Assembly: GCA_019057635.1 (NCBI GenBank)
Contig: DXJL01000079.1
Coordinates: 1-15,655 of the forward strand
Length of the DNA: 15,655 nucleotides
Source of the DNA: Candidatus Heimdallarchaeota archaeon
GTDB lineage: Archaea; Asgardarchaeota; Heimdallarchaeia; Hodarchaeales; Hodarchaeaceae
Direction of reading: 5' to 3'
Shown: in pieces, positions 15,655 through 15,655 of the stretch
Numbering within the stretch: the first letter of the stretch is position 1
Layout of the letters: each line of letters begins with the position of its first letter
The notes under the pieces: model-generated
Told to the model about the DNA's origin: nothing
Databases searched by the model: none
The model's input: only the letters and a program-made list of their open reading frames with translations
Program-made: the position numbers and the translations under genes

Positions 15655-15655
15655 A

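Noticed and set aside
1-15655. CRISPR array, rRNA or tRNA genes
   Set aside because: No regularly spaced repeats or GC-rich structural RNA segments were seen.

Overview
AT-rich, gene-dense prokaryotic window with archaeal hallmarks: GGTGA/GGAGG Shine-Dalgarno sites, BRE/TATA-like boxes, T-rich terminators, an archaeal-type wHTH regulator, and DUF2080-, DUF5752- and COG2232-like genes. A Roadblock-domain protein plus HEAT and TPR solenoids suggest an Asgard archaeon (inference). I support 16 CDS. Two are cut by the window edges, and one 48-aa gene is missing from the ORF track. There is also one unannotated HTH pseudogene and several palindromic or structured intergenic elements. I found no tRNA, rRNA, CRISPR array or transposase. 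The best candidate for a novel system is at the right edge: a membrane protein with a predicted external beta-sandwich region, three TM helices and a C-terminal HEPN-like domain with an R-x4-H motif, i.e. a possible receptor-RNase, followed by a wHTH regulator. All family calls come from motif recognition by eye, not database searches.
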